Part shown: one piece after another, positions 1 to 8,659 of the stretch
How the letters are laid out: each line of letters opens with the position of its first letter
Position numbering within the stretch: position 1 is the first letter of the stretch
Assembly (NCBI GenBank): GCA_934646115.1
Contig: CAKUEM010000003.1
Span: 80-64,079, forward strand
Direction of reading: 5' to 3'
Length of the DNA: 64,000 nucleotides
From: an uncultured Oscillospiraceae bacterium
GTDB lineage: Bacteria > Bacillota > Clostridia > Oscillospirales > JAAYXM01
Notes under the pieces: generated by a model
Told to the model about the DNA's origin: nothing
The model's input: the letters and a program-made list of their open reading frames with translations, nothing else
The model's database searches: none
Position numbers and translations under genes: made by a program

Positions 1-23
1 ATGGAGTGGTAAACAAAAAACGA

Positions 24-53
24 CTATGCAGGGCGAGAAATCGCCCTGCATAG
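24..53 (+). terminator. Hairpin after a truncated upstream ORF (terminator-like)
   Basis: CTATGCAGGGCG (24-35) pairs with CGCCCTGCATAG (42-53) around a 6-nt loop. It sits just after a TAA at 10-12. It is flanked by A-runs rather than a clean T-tract, so function is uncertain. Confidence 0.4.
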
Positions 54-168
54 AGAAAAAAGTTGCGCTCAAATCTTCTCTTTTATTATTGTTTTGGGGC
101 GGCGCAATAAGCCGCCCCAGGACGAAGGCAAAAGTGGATTATTTTTTATAAACAAGGAGGGGCTTTGT

Positions 169-1728
169 ATGAAAAGTACCTGGAAACGAATGACAGCAGG
201 GGCGATTGCGGGAGTATTGCTGCTTGCGATGAGCGCATGCGCGCCGAAGGGCGAGGCTGAGAACACGACGGGCGACACGGGCGAGCTGTTTGCACCGGGG
301 ACGGAGATCTCTATGGTGGTCGGCAGCCACAGTTCCTGGCCGTATGACGAAAACTGGAACATGTGGCGCTATTTCCGCGAGGCGACCGGCGTGAAATTCA
401 ACGTTCAGGCCATTCCGAACGAAGATATTAACACGAAGGTCACGCTGATGCTTGCCTCGCCGGACACATTGCCCGATCTGATTTATCTAGACAGCAAGCT
501 GCTGAGCGATGATTTTGCAAAGCAGGGCGCGTTGGTTGCGATCGACGACTATATGGAGCTCATGCCGAACTACACGAAGTTTTGGAACTCGCTTCCGGAG
601 GAGGAGCGCACGGCGCGGCTGATGATCCGCAAATCGACCGACGGCAAGACCTATTTTCCGCAGAACTACGGCACGGACAGTCGACAGGGGATTCGCGCGT
701 GGATGTATCGCAAGGACATTTTTGAAAAGCACGGGCTGGCAGTTCCGACCACGATGGACGAGGTATATGAAACCGCAAAGAAGCTTAAGCAGCTTTACCC
801 CACGTCCTATCCGCTGTGTCAGCGCGAGGGGCTGCGCAACATCGGCGTGATGGGCGCGCTGTGGAAGCCGTATTTTACCTGGGAGCTGTATTATGATTTC
901 GAAAATCCATCCTGGCATTATGGGGCAACGGAAGATACCATGCTCGAAATCGTAAAATTCATGCGCAAAATGTATGAAGAGGAGCTGCTTCCGCCCGATT
1001 ATCTGCACGGTACAACGCGCAACTGGGAGGAGCTTATGAGCACAGAGCGCGGGTTTATGACGGCAGACTTTGTTGTGCGTATCGACCATTTCAACACGAT
1101 CCTGCGCAAGGATAGCCCGAGCTACACGCTCGCCGCAATGACGCCGCCTAAGCCGGATACGCCGACCGCGGGCACAAAGGTTAATAAATTTAACGTCGAC
1201 CAGAAGGGATATGTGATCTGTAATACCGGCAAGGAGGATCGCATTAAAAATGCGATTCGACTTGTAGATTGGATGTATACCGATGAGGCGGCGGAACTGC
1301 TTTCCTGGGGCAAAGAGGGCGAGACGTTTGAAGTAAAGAATGGCGCGCGGCATTTTATTCGCCCGGAAGACGGCGACATCGAGGGAGAATACGGTGTGTT
1401 TTCCTATGGTACATATCTGCGGGTAGATCCGACGGCGGCAATCGATATCGCCTCGGAGGAGCAGCAGGCGGGAATTCGCGTTGCACTTGATAATACGATT
1501 GAGAACTATAATCCGGCGCTGTGGATGGCGCTTGCGGATGACGAACAGCGCGAATATAACCAGATTAATGACTCGGTTAAAACTTATGTGGAGGAGAACT
1601 TGTCGAAATTCCTTCAGGCGCAACGGCCGCTCAGCGAATGGGATAGCTATGTGTCGGGCGCGAAGGCGCTTGGGATCGACCGAATGATTGAAATTTATGA
1701 TACGGCATATCAAAGAATTGCGGGCTAA
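169..1728 (+). CDS. ABC transporter extracellular solute-binding lipoprotein (sugar-type, family 1)
   Basis: AAGGAGG at 154-160 precedes the ATG at 169. Signal peptide with lipobox LLAMSAC. Size (~520 aa) and sequence are typical of carbohydrate SBPs. The ORF-track start at 94 is rejected in favour of the RBS-supported start. Confidence 0.85.
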   Translation: MKSTWKRMTAGAIAGVLLLAMSACAPKGEAENTTGDTGELFAPGTEISMVVGSHSSWPYDENWNMWRYFREATGVKFNVQAIPNEDINTKVTLMLASPDTLPDLIYLDSKLLSDDFAKQGALVAIDDYMELMPNYTKFWNSLPEEERTARLMIRKSTDGKTYFPQNYGTDSRQGIRAWMYRKDIFEKHGLAVPTTMDEVYETAKKLKQLYPTSYPLCQREGLRNIGVMGALWKPYFTWELYYDFENPSWHYGATEDTMLEIVKFMRKMYEEELLPPDYLHGTTRNWEELMSTERGFMTADFVVRIDHFNTILRKDSPSYTLAAMTPPKPDTPTAGTKVNKFNVDQKGYVICNTGKEDRIKNAIRLVDWMYTDEAAELLSWGKEGETFEVKNGARHFIRPEDGDIEGEYGVFSYGTYLRVDPTAAIDIASEEQQAGIRVALDNTIENYNPALWMALADDEQREYNQINDSVKTYVEENLSKFLQAQRPLSEWDSYVSGAKALGIDRMIEIYDTAYQRIAG

Positions 1729-1755
1729 TATGCGCAAGGAAAGGACGCGAATCGC

Positions 1756-2520
1756 TTGGTAATTGATGTACACGCACATCTATGGATGGGTCATGTTGAG
1801 CAGAATAAGGCAGAGATCCTTGCGGCAATGGAGCGTTATGGTATTTCAAAGGTGTTTGTTTCGGGGCTTGGCGCACATGTGCCAACGCCAGATGAGGTCA
1901 TGCAGCAAAACCGTGCGGTATATGATTTTACAAGAGAAGAACCTGATCGCATTTACGGCTATGTATATGTCAGTCCGGAGCATTCTAATGCGGTGAACGT
2001 GCTGCGGCACGGTGTGGAGGACATGGGGATGAAGGGCATGAAGCTTTGGGTCTCAACATTTTGCGACGTGCCGGAGGTTAATCCGCTTGCCGAGCGCTGC
2101 ATCGAATATGGGATCCCGGTGCTTATTCATGCGTTTGTGAAGGCGACGGGGCAATATCCGAACGAAAGTACGGCGCTTCATGTGGCGCACCTGGCGAGAC
2201 GCTATCCGGAACTGAAGATTATCATGGCACATCTGGGGGGAAATAGCTATGATGCCATTCCGCAGATTGCGAAATATCAAAACGTCTGGGTGGATGATTC
2301 CGGCTCGATTTATCAGGCGGATGAATTGCCCTATACGCTTGCGGCGTTGGGTGCGGGGCGAGTTCTGCATGGAACGGATATGCCGGGAACATATCTTGGT
2401 AGTTACGGACAGGCGCTTGCGATTGAAGACCCAGAGGCGCGCACGCGTATTTTATGGAAAAATGCCATGCAGCTGTTTGACACGAATTTTAAAATAGGAG
2501 AGCCGTATCATGATTATTGA
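1756..2520 (+). CDS. Amidohydrolase-2 family metal-dependent hydrolase (TIM barrel)
   Basis: N-terminal VIDVHAHLW (HxH metal motif); later IHAF, AHLGG and HGTDMP motifs are typical of the amidohydrolase_2 fold. Confidence 0.75.
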   Translation: MVIDVHAHLWMGHVEQNKAEILAAMERYGISKVFVSGLGAHVPTPDEVMQQNRAVYDFTREEPDRIYGYVYVSPEHSNAVNVLRHGVEDMGMKGMKLWVSTFCDVPEVNPLAERCIEYGIPVLIHAFVKATGQYPNESTALHVAHLARRYPELKIIMAHLGGNSYDAIPQIAKYQNVWVDDSGSIYQADELPYTLAALGAGRVLHGTDMPGTYLGSYGQALAIEDPEARTRILWKNAMQLFDTNFKIGEPYHDY

Positions 2521-3247
2521 TTGCAACGCCTTTGTCGGAATGTGGCCGTTTCGGAAAACACGGTTCGGAAACGTTTCTGAGTTGCTGCGGCTGCACCGTG
2601 AAAATCAGATCGACGGCGGGTTAGTATCAAGTCTTCAGGCGATTTTTTACCATGATCCGTGGGAGGCAGAGGCGGAGCTTTTTGATATGCTGCGCGATTT
2701 GCCGAACTATCAGCAGGTGTTCACGGTAAATCCGCGGCTTCCGTCGTGGCGCGCGGAGCTTGCGCGCGCGGTACGCGAGTTTTCTATTTGCGGCGTGCGC
2801 ATTGTCCCGGGCTATCACGGCTATACGCTGGATGATCCAGAGGTCGGCGCGCTGTGTGCACAGATGAGAGACTATGGGCTGTCGCTGTTTCTCACCATGC
2901 ACATCATTGATGAGCGCACCGCATATTTAATGCAACCGCGCGCGCTGTCTGAAGTCGAAGTGGTTGAATTTTTAAAGCACTGTGGGCTGCGCGTTATGCT
3001 TACAGGCGCGCGTTCGGGGGAACTGCGCACGATTTGGATGAAATTTCGCGATTTTTGGTTTGAGATGAGCGGGCTGAAGGACGAATTGTTCGTTGTTGAA
3101 AAGCTGCATCGGGACGGGCTGACCGCGCGCATGAAATTCGGGACGGAAACGCCGATTTTATGCATGAAAAGCACAAAACTGTTGCTCGACTATGCGGAGA
3201 TCCCAGCGGCGCAAAAAAAGCAGATCGCAGCGCCTTGGGAACCGTGA
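2510..3247 (+). CDS. Amidohydrolase-related protein (HxH motif absent)
   Basis: Overlaps the upstream amidohydrolase by 11 nt. It begins MIIDCNAFVG, the same fold signature with HxH replaced by CxA. Likely partner or paralog. Confidence 0.6.
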   Translation: MIIDCNAFVGMWPFRKTRFGNVSELLRLHRENQIDGGLVSSLQAIFYHDPWEAEAELFDMLRDLPNYQQVFTVNPRLPSWRAELARAVREFSICGVRIVPGYHGYTLDDPEVGALCAQMRDYGLSLFLTMHIIDERTAYLMQPRALSEVEVVEFLKHCGLRVMLTGARSGELRTIWMKFRDFWFEMSGLKDELFVVEKLHRDGLTARMKFGTETPILCMKSTKLLLDYAEIPAAQKKQIAAPWEP

Positions 3248-3270
3248 GACTCTAGAATACGGAATAAAAA

Positions 3271-3304
3271 AGCAAGCGCATCTATGTGGATGCGCTTGCT
3301 TTTT
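3271..3304 (+). terminator. Rho-independent terminator (bidirectional shape)
   Basis: AGCAAGCGCATC (3271-3282) pairs with GATGCGCTTGCT (3289-3300), loop TATGTG, then TTTT; an A5 run precedes it. Confidence 0.8.
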
Positions 3305-3348
3305 AGCGTGCGGAAAAGGTTGCGCAGAAAATAAACCGAAGCGCGGGC

Positions 3349-3376
3349 TTGACAAAGCGTGCATATTGTATATAAT
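3349..3376 (+). promoter_or_regulatory. Sigma-70-type promoter of the ytrA-like operon
   Basis: TTGACA (3349-3354), 16-nt spacer, TATAAT (3371-3376). Confidence 0.7.
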
Positions 3377-3389
3377 GAGTATATACAAT
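3365..3389. promoter_or_regulatory. Palindromic operator candidate overlapping the -10 box
   Basis: ATTGTATATA (3365-3374) and TATATACAAT (3380-3389) are exact reverse complements separated by 5 nt. Confidence 0.55.
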
Positions 3390-3406
3390 ATACTGAGGTG
3401 ATGCGG

Positions 3407-3787
3407 ATGAACATGACGATCCACAACGGCGGGGAGCAGCCGATTTACGCCCAGATCAAGGCGCAAATCAAGGAGCAGATCCTCTCCGGAGTGCTGCGCG
3501 AGGGGGAGATGCTGCCTTCTATGCGGACGCTGGCGCGCGAGCTGCGCATCAGCGTGATCACGACAAAGCGCGCTTATGAAGAGCTGGAGCGTGAGGGGTT
3601 TATCACAACGATGACCGGGCGCGGCAGCTTTGTTGCACCGCTCGATCGCGATTTTTTGCGTGAGGAGATGCTTCGGCGCGCGGAAGAAGCGCTGCGCAGT
3701 GCGGTGTCAGAGGCGCGCGCGGGTGGGATCACGCGCACACAGCTATTTGAAATGCTTCAAATGATTTGCGAGGGGGAGTTATCATGA
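3407..3787 (+). CDS. GntR family transcriptional regulator, YtrA subfamily
   Basis: Short (~126 aa) GntR protein with winged-helix region PSMRTLARELRISVITTKRAYEELEREGF. GAGGTG at 3395-3400. The start could be 3401, 3407 or 3413. Confidence 0.85.
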   Translation: MNMTIHNGGEQPIYAQIKAQIKEQILSGVLREGEMLPSMRTLARELRISVITTKRAYEELEREGFITTMTGRGSFVAPLDRDFLREEMLRRAEEALRSAVSEARAGGITRTQLFEMLQMICEGELS

Positions 3788-4623
3788 GCGCGGCCATTTC
3801 GGTCAAAAATCTTTCAAAAACATATCCGGATTTCGCGCTGAAGGATGTAACATTCACGCTGCCGCGCGGCTGCATCATGGGACTTTGCGGCGAAAACGGC
3901 GCGGGGAAAAGCACGACGCTGCGCTTGATTTTAGGATTGGCGCGACCGGACCGTGGCGAAGTGCAGGTGTTGGGCGGCGCGTGTGAGGAGCATCGCGAGC
4001 AGATCGGCGTGGTGCTTGATGAATCGTGTTTTCCTGAGAATTTATGCCCGCGCGAGATCGCGCGCGTGATGCAAAAAATTTATAAAACCTGGGATATGGC
4101 GCGGTTTTCCTCGCTGCTTGCGCGTTTTCAGCTGCCGGATCGGAAATGCGTGCGCGAATATTCGCGCGGAATGAAAATGAAGCTCGCGATCGCCGCCGCG
4201 TTGGCGCATGACAGCCGGCTTTTGATCTTAGACGAGGCGACCAGCGGGTTAGACCCGGTCGTGCGCGATGAGATTTTGGATATTTTCCTTGAGTTTATTC
4301 AGGATGGCGAGCGCTCAATTTTGATTTCCTCGCATATTATCAGCGATTTGGAGAAGCTTTGCGACTATATCGCGCTGCTACATCGTGGAACGCTTCTTGT
4401 TTGCGAGCAGAAGGATGTTCTTCTTGAACGGTTCGGCATGTTCCGCGGAAGCACGGAGGACCTGGATGCCTTGCCGGATACGGCGGTGTGCGGCGTGCGG
4501 CGGCATCGGTTCGGGGTCGAGGCGCTTGTGCGGCGCGATGCGGTGCGCGCGCAGCTTGACCCGGCGACAATGGAGGAGATCATGCTATATCTGATCAAAG
4601 GAGAAACGTCATGTGGGGACTGA
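3784..4623 (+). CDS. ABC transporter ATP-binding protein
   Basis: Walker A GENGAGKST, signature-like YSRGMKMKL, Walker B LLILDEATSGLD. ATGA overlap with the GntR stop. Confidence 0.9.
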   Translation: MSAAISVKNLSKTYPDFALKDVTFTLPRGCIMGLCGENGAGKSTTLRLILGLARPDRGEVQVLGGACEEHREQIGVVLDESCFPENLCPREIARVMQKIYKTWDMARFSSLLARFQLPDRKCVREYSRGMKMKLAIAAALAHDSRLLILDEATSGLDPVVRDEILDIFLEFIQDGERSILISSHIISDLEKLCDYIALLHRGTLLVCEQKDVLLERFGMFRGSTEDLDALPDTAVCGVRRHRFGVEALVRRDAVRAQLDPATMEEIMLYLIKGETSCGD

Positions 4624-5219
4624 TTTATAAAGATATTTTAAATTTAAAAAAATCATTTCGCGCGTATGCGGCGCTGGTCGTTTTTTACGCGGCGCTTTCG
4701 CTATTTGAAGAGGCGGCGTCCGGCATGATGGGCGTGGCGATTGTGCTGAGTGCGATTTTGCCGATCACGGCAATCGCCTATGACGAACGTGCAAAGTGGG
4801 ATCGTTATGTGCTGACTATGCCGGTTTCGCGGCGAAACGTCGTGCTTGCAAAATATATGCTTGGGTTTTTGATGCTGATCCCCACGCTGCTGGTCTGCTT
4901 TGCGTTTCAGGTGGTCAGCCGCATGCCGCTGGAGGAAAACCTGCTGCTTTGCGCGGTATTTTGCGGGCTGGGCGTGCTTTTGCTGTCGCTCGTGCTGCCG
5001 ATTATTTATCGCTTCGGCGCAGAGCGAGGGCGCATTGCGATGATGGCGGTTTTGTTTGTGCCCACGGTGTGTATTGGGCTGCTTGCAAAAAGCGGCGTCA
5101 CTCTGCCAGAGCCGGATGCGCTTTTGCGCGTGTGGTATTGGCCGCCGATCGCGCTTATCGTTTTATGCGCGGTTTCGATGTTTCTTTCGGTTCGCATATA
5201 TCAGAAAAAGGAATTTTAA
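4611..5219 (+). CDS. ABC-2 type transporter permease
   Basis: About 6 predicted TM helices. It overlaps the ATPase gene by 13 nt, the typical third gene of YtrA-type operons. Confidence 0.7.
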   Translation: MWGLIYKDILNLKKSFRAYAALVVFYAALSLFEEAASGMMGVAIVLSAILPITAIAYDERAKWDRYVLTMPVSRRNVVLAKYMLGFLMLIPTLLVCFAFQVVSRMPLEENLLLCAVFCGLGVLLLSLVLPIIYRFGAERGRIAMMAVLFVPTVCIGLLAKSGVTLPEPDALLRVWYWPPIALIVLCAVSMFLSVRIYQKKEF

Positions 5220-5223
5220 ATAG

Positions 5224-5253
5224 AAAAAGCTCCCTAAGAACGGGAGCTTTTTT
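5224..5253. terminator. Bidirectional Rho-independent terminator
   Basis: AAAAAGCTCCC (5224-5234), loop TAAGAAC, GGGAGCTTTTT (5242-5252). It lies between convergent genes and overlaps the stop of the minus-strand GT2 gene. Confidence 0.8.
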
Positions 5254-6283
5254 GCGTTTTGAGAATTTTTTTTGCCGTATGCTTTGCGTGAATGAGTGCA
5301 CGGCAGGTTTTATGCCGGGCGAGGATGCGGTCATAGAACGGAACATGCGTGGCGCGCAGCGGCATATGCGAAAGATAGCGCGAGAACGGCGCATCATGGG
5401 CAAACGCGCAGATCGCAGAGTAAATTTCATCGTATTCCGCGCGGCTTTGAATTTGCGTAAAATCAAAAATTTCAAGCAGCTCGCGCAGTGTAAAATATGC
5501 TTTTTCGCAGCAAATTACGCGAGGCAGGTCAGAAAACAGCGCGCAAAACTGCGCAAAAAACTTGCGGTATTCTTCGATTGAATGCATTGAGCGGGAATTC
5601 ATGGTAGATTCCGGATGCTGGCGATAAAAATAGCCGAGCGAATCCATGACCGCAATTTTTTCGGCGCGCAGCAAAAATTCTGCCGTGAAGAGTTGATCCT
5701 CGGAAATATGGATATCCTCGGCAAAGCGCAGGCCGGAAAGCGCGCTTTTGCGATAAAGCTTCGCCCAAATTTCGGGAATGAGCCCCTTCAGGATGATAGG
5801 AGCGGTTTTCCAGGCGAAGCACGCGCGGATCACGGCGACTTTTTGCGCCGCATCGGTCATATCATATTCTGTTACAGAACCGTCTCCGCGCAGCAGGTTG
5901 GTTTTTAATTCATCGCCGTGCAAATCGACCCAACGGATTTTTGACCATACGCCGTCTATACCGGGCGCGATGCAGCGCGCGGCATCGGCTAATAATGTGG
6001 GTGCGATAAAATCATCAGAATCGATAAAAGTGACCCAGTCGCCTTTCGCGTGCGCAAGCCCGGTGTTCCGCGCGGCAGACACGCCTGCATTCTCCTGATG
6101 GATTAGGCGGATGTCGCCGCGCTCTGCATATTGTGAAAGCAGGGCGCACGTTGCGGCATGGGTGCTTCCATCATCAACAACGAGCGTTTCGAAATCACGA
6201 AAGGTCTGCGCGGCAATGCTTGTGAGGCAATGCTCTAAATAAATCGGATCGGTATTATAAACCGGAATAATCACAGTAATCAT
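5234..6283 (-). CDS. Glycosyltransferase family 2
   Basis: N-terminus VIIPVYNTDPIYLEHCLTSIAAQTFRDFETLVVDDGS and a later DSDD motif. Confidence 0.85.
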   Translation of the reverse strand: MITVIIPVYNTDPIYLEHCLTSIAAQTFRDFETLVVDDGSTHAATCALLSQYAERGDIRLIHQENAGVSAARNTGLAHAKGDWVTFIDSDDFIAPTLLADAARCIAPGIDGVWSKIRWVDLHGDELKTNLLRGDGSVTEYDMTDAAQKVAVIRACFAWKTAPIILKGLIPEIWAKLYRKSALSGLRFAEDIHISEDQLFTAEFLLRAEKIAVMDSLGYFYRQHPESTMNSRSMHSIEEYRKFFAQFCALFSDLPRVICCEKAYFTLRELLEIFDFTQIQSRAEYDEIYSAICAFAHDAPFSRYLSHMPLRATHVPFYDRILARHKTCRALIHAKHTAKKILKTQKSSRS

Positions 6284-7302
6284 AGCGCTGTTTCCTTTTT
6301 AGAATGTTTGGTTCGAATTTGCCGGAGTGCATGCGACGGGTAGAAAAACACATTGAGATATGGGGTTTGCGCGGCGAGCTTTGCAATGAGAACGGGAAAC
6401 GCCAGCCCGCACAGGATCCCCGCCGACAGATGCAGCCAATAATTCGTTACGCTCACTTTTAAAAGACAGATCCGAATGGCGGAGGTAAATATCGTGTGCA
6501 GCAGATAGATCGGAAAGGAATATTTGCAGACAAACTGCAAAAATACGGCAATCGGCTTGCAGCGCGCGATCAGAGAAATCAGGCAAAGCGAGGCGAAAAT
6601 GCCGAGCAGCGTTGCCACGTCGTCCATGAGAAATATGTAATAACCATTCGTTAAGAAAAGGGCGGAGACGATCAGGATATGAAGCAAGATCGCGGCGATG
6701 CGCGCCGCCGCAGGCAGTTTTTGCACGGCGAGCGAGCGCAGGCACGTGCCAAGTCCGAATGCGAGCACGCAATGCATAGACGAATCTAAAAAACCCAGGT
6801 CAATATTTAAATATTTCAGCACGGTAAACACGGTAAACAGAACAGCCGTGATGGTGATATTATTAAAAAAGCGCGAAAGCAGCGCCCAAAACACAAAAAG
6901 CCAGAACAGCGAGAACAAAAACCAATATTGCGCCACCGGCTGACGCCAAAGCTGCAAAATATCAGAAAGCGAGGAGGCGGTATTGACCCCGGGCGTGAGC
7001 GAATTGATCGCGATATACACGGCGGAAAAGAAAAAATAAGGCAGACCGAGATTTAACAGCTTATTTCCGATAAAGCGGAGGCGGCTGCCTTTTGATGCCG
7101 CGTCGCCGGTCAGATGATAGACGTAGCCGGCAAGAAACATGAACAGATCGATATGAAAGCTCATGATAAATCGCTCTGAAAACGGCAGAAAAGCGGGAAG
7201 CGAAAGCCCGCAGGATATCAGCCCGAGCAACACGTGTCCCAGCAGAACGAGCAGGCACGCGTAGCCTTTTAATTGATCAACAAAAACGTCACGCTGCAAC
7301 AC
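6280..7302 (-). CDS. Membrane acyltransferase (acyltransferase_3 family, O-acetylase type)
   Basis: About 10 TM helices. N-terminal VDQLKGYACLLVLLGH resembles the AT3 signature. 4-nt overlap with the downstream GT2. Confidence 0.75.
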   Translation of the reverse strand: MLQRDVFVDQLKGYACLLVLLGHVLLGLISCGLSLPAFLPFSERFIMSFHIDLFMFLAGYVYHLTGDAASKGSRLRFIGNKLLNLGLPYFFFSAVYIAINSLTPGVNTASSLSDILQLWRQPVAQYWFLFSLFWLFVFWALLSRFFNNITITAVLFTVFTVLKYLNIDLGFLDSSMHCVLAFGLGTCLRSLAVQKLPAAARIAAILLHILIVSALFLTNGYYIFLMDDVATLLGIFASLCLISLIARCKPIAVFLQFVCKYSFPIYLLHTIFTSAIRICLLKVSVTNYWLHLSAGILCGLAFPVLIAKLAAQTPYLNVFFYPSHALRQIRTKHSKKETAL

Positions 7303-7392
7303 GATCCTCTCCCTTCCGGCGCGCGTTGTGCGCGCTTTCTGGAGGTATTATAACACAGAATAACCGTGGAGACAAAAGAAAAAGGAAAATAT

Positions 7393-7421
7393 TTGACAAA
7401 ATACGAAAAATATTGTATGAT
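7393..7421 (+). promoter_or_regulatory. Sigma-70-type promoter of the polysaccharide operon
   Basis: TTGACA (7393-7398), 17-nt spacer, TATGAT (7416-7421), in an AT-rich divergent intergenic region. Confidence 0.6.
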
Positions 7422-7505
7422 AAAGAAAAAATAAAGATAGGTAAACTTATTGAAAGATAAGGACACAAAGTCATCGTGCCTAAGGCTTTATGCTATGGTT
7501 GACAG

Positions 7506-7562
7506 ACTGCAATTTGCAAAGACGCTCGGTTTTGAGCTTGCTTTACTGATTGCAGTTTTTTT
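7506..7562 (+). terminator. Intrinsic terminator inside the operon leader (attenuator/antitermination target candidate)
   Basis: ACTGCAAT (7506-7513) pairs with ATTGCAGT (7549-7556). Inner GCAA/TTGC and GCTC/GAGC pairs extend the stem. It is followed by T7 (7556-7562) and lies 47 nt upstream of the ATG at 7609. Confidence 0.65.
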
Positions 7563-7608
7563 ATTACCGTTTTTAGCGCGGCAAGGGCGGCGATGACTGA
7601 GGAGGTTT

Positions 7609-8643
7609 ATGAAGGAAAAATATTATTGTGGGCTTGATCTTGTAAAGCTGTTTTGCGCAATTTTGGTTGTGTGCATTCATACCGAGCCGTTTCTCTCTGT
7701 CAGCCCGGCGCTGAATTCGCTCACGGTGAATTATCTCTGCCGCGTGGCGGTGCCGTTCTTTTTTATCTCGTCCGGATTTCTGGCGTTTCGCAAGAATGGG
7801 CGCGGCGTGTGCGGTTATATTAAAAAGCTTCTGAAATTATATCTCATCTGGTCTGTCGTTTATTTCCCGCTTACCATGCGAGTCATGAAGTGGGCTTACG
7901 GCGCGGGCGGCATGGACGCTGCGCTGCGCGTGCTGCTCAACTGGGCGAAGAACATGATTTTTTCCGCGGGGTATGGCGTTTTGTGGTATCTGCCGGCAAC
8001 GATCGTGGCGGTCGGTATCGTTTGGCTGCTGCAAAAATGGGGGCTGCGTTTGCGCGGCGTGATCTGCGTGGGGGCGCTGCTTTATTGCGTGGGGCTTTTG
8101 GGGCAAAGTTATTTTGGCCTGATCACCCCGCTGCGCGCGTATCCTGCGTTATGGAATGCGCTGCGGGCGGTTTATCACCTGATCGGCACCACGCGAAACG
8201 GCGTGTTTGAGGGCGTGATCTTCATCGCGCTTGGTGCGCAGCTCGCGCAGAGTGGGCGGCGTATTCCGCTGCGGCGCGCGCTTTTTGGGTTTGCGGTTTC
8301 AATGCTCGCGCTGCTGGGCGAGATCGCACTGGTCACGTGGCTCGAATGGAAGCTTGCCTATGACATGTATCTGATGCTGGTTCCGAGCGTGCTTTTCCTG
8401 ATGCTTGCTGCGCTGAACATGCCTGATTTCAATGTGCGCCTGTGCAAGACGCTGCGTCCGTATATTGCGCTGATTTATTTTTCACATATGCTGTTTGTGG
8501 AGCTATGGCGGCTTACGCCGCTGCGAGAGGCGAATTCGCTGCTCTTTTTTGGGGCAACGCTCGCCGGCACAGTGGCGTTTGATACGCTCATCATACGGCT
8601 ATCCCGCACGCGGCGGTTCGCCTTTTTAAACAATCTGTTTTAG
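7609..8643 (+). CDS. Membrane acyltransferase (acyltransferase_3 family)
   Basis: GAGGAGG RBS. Polytopic membrane protein with GLDLVKLFCAILVVCIHT near the N-terminus. Confidence 0.75.
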   Translation: MKEKYYCGLDLVKLFCAILVVCIHTEPFLSVSPALNSLTVNYLCRVAVPFFFISSGFLAFRKNGRGVCGYIKKLLKLYLIWSVVYFPLTMRVMKWAYGAGGMDAALRVLLNWAKNMIFSAGYGVLWYLPATIVAVGIVWLLQKWGLRLRGVICVGALLYCVGLLGQSYFGLITPLRAYPALWNALRAVYHLIGTTRNGVFEGVIFIALGAQLAQSGRRIPLRRALFGFAVSMLALLGEIALVTWLEWKLAYDMYLMLVPSVLFLMLAALNMPDFNVRLCKTLRPYIALIYFSHMLFVELWRLTPLREANSLLFFGATLAGTVAFDTLIIRLSRTRRFAFLNNLF

Positions 8644-8659
8644 GAGGATTGCATCCGGC

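Noticed and set aside
487-1779. A 430-aa minus-strand ORF antisense to the solute-binding protein gene. Similar long antisense ORFs occur at 9368-10369, 19743-20402, 22965-23732, 26281-27075, 34034-34750, 38289-39050, 48166-48909, 49808-50749 and 61640-62446.
   Set aside because: They are Arg/Pro/His/Ala-rich and low in complexity. They have no RBS and lie fully inside well-supported genes on the other strand. These are typical shadow ORFs of high-GC DNA.
4796-5581. A 261-aa plus-strand ORF spanning the permease gene, the terminator and the 3' end of the minus-strand GT2 gene.
   Set aside because: It is out of frame within two supported genes and crosses a strong bidirectional terminator. 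Its composition is Ala/Arg/Gly-rich, as in shadow ORFs.
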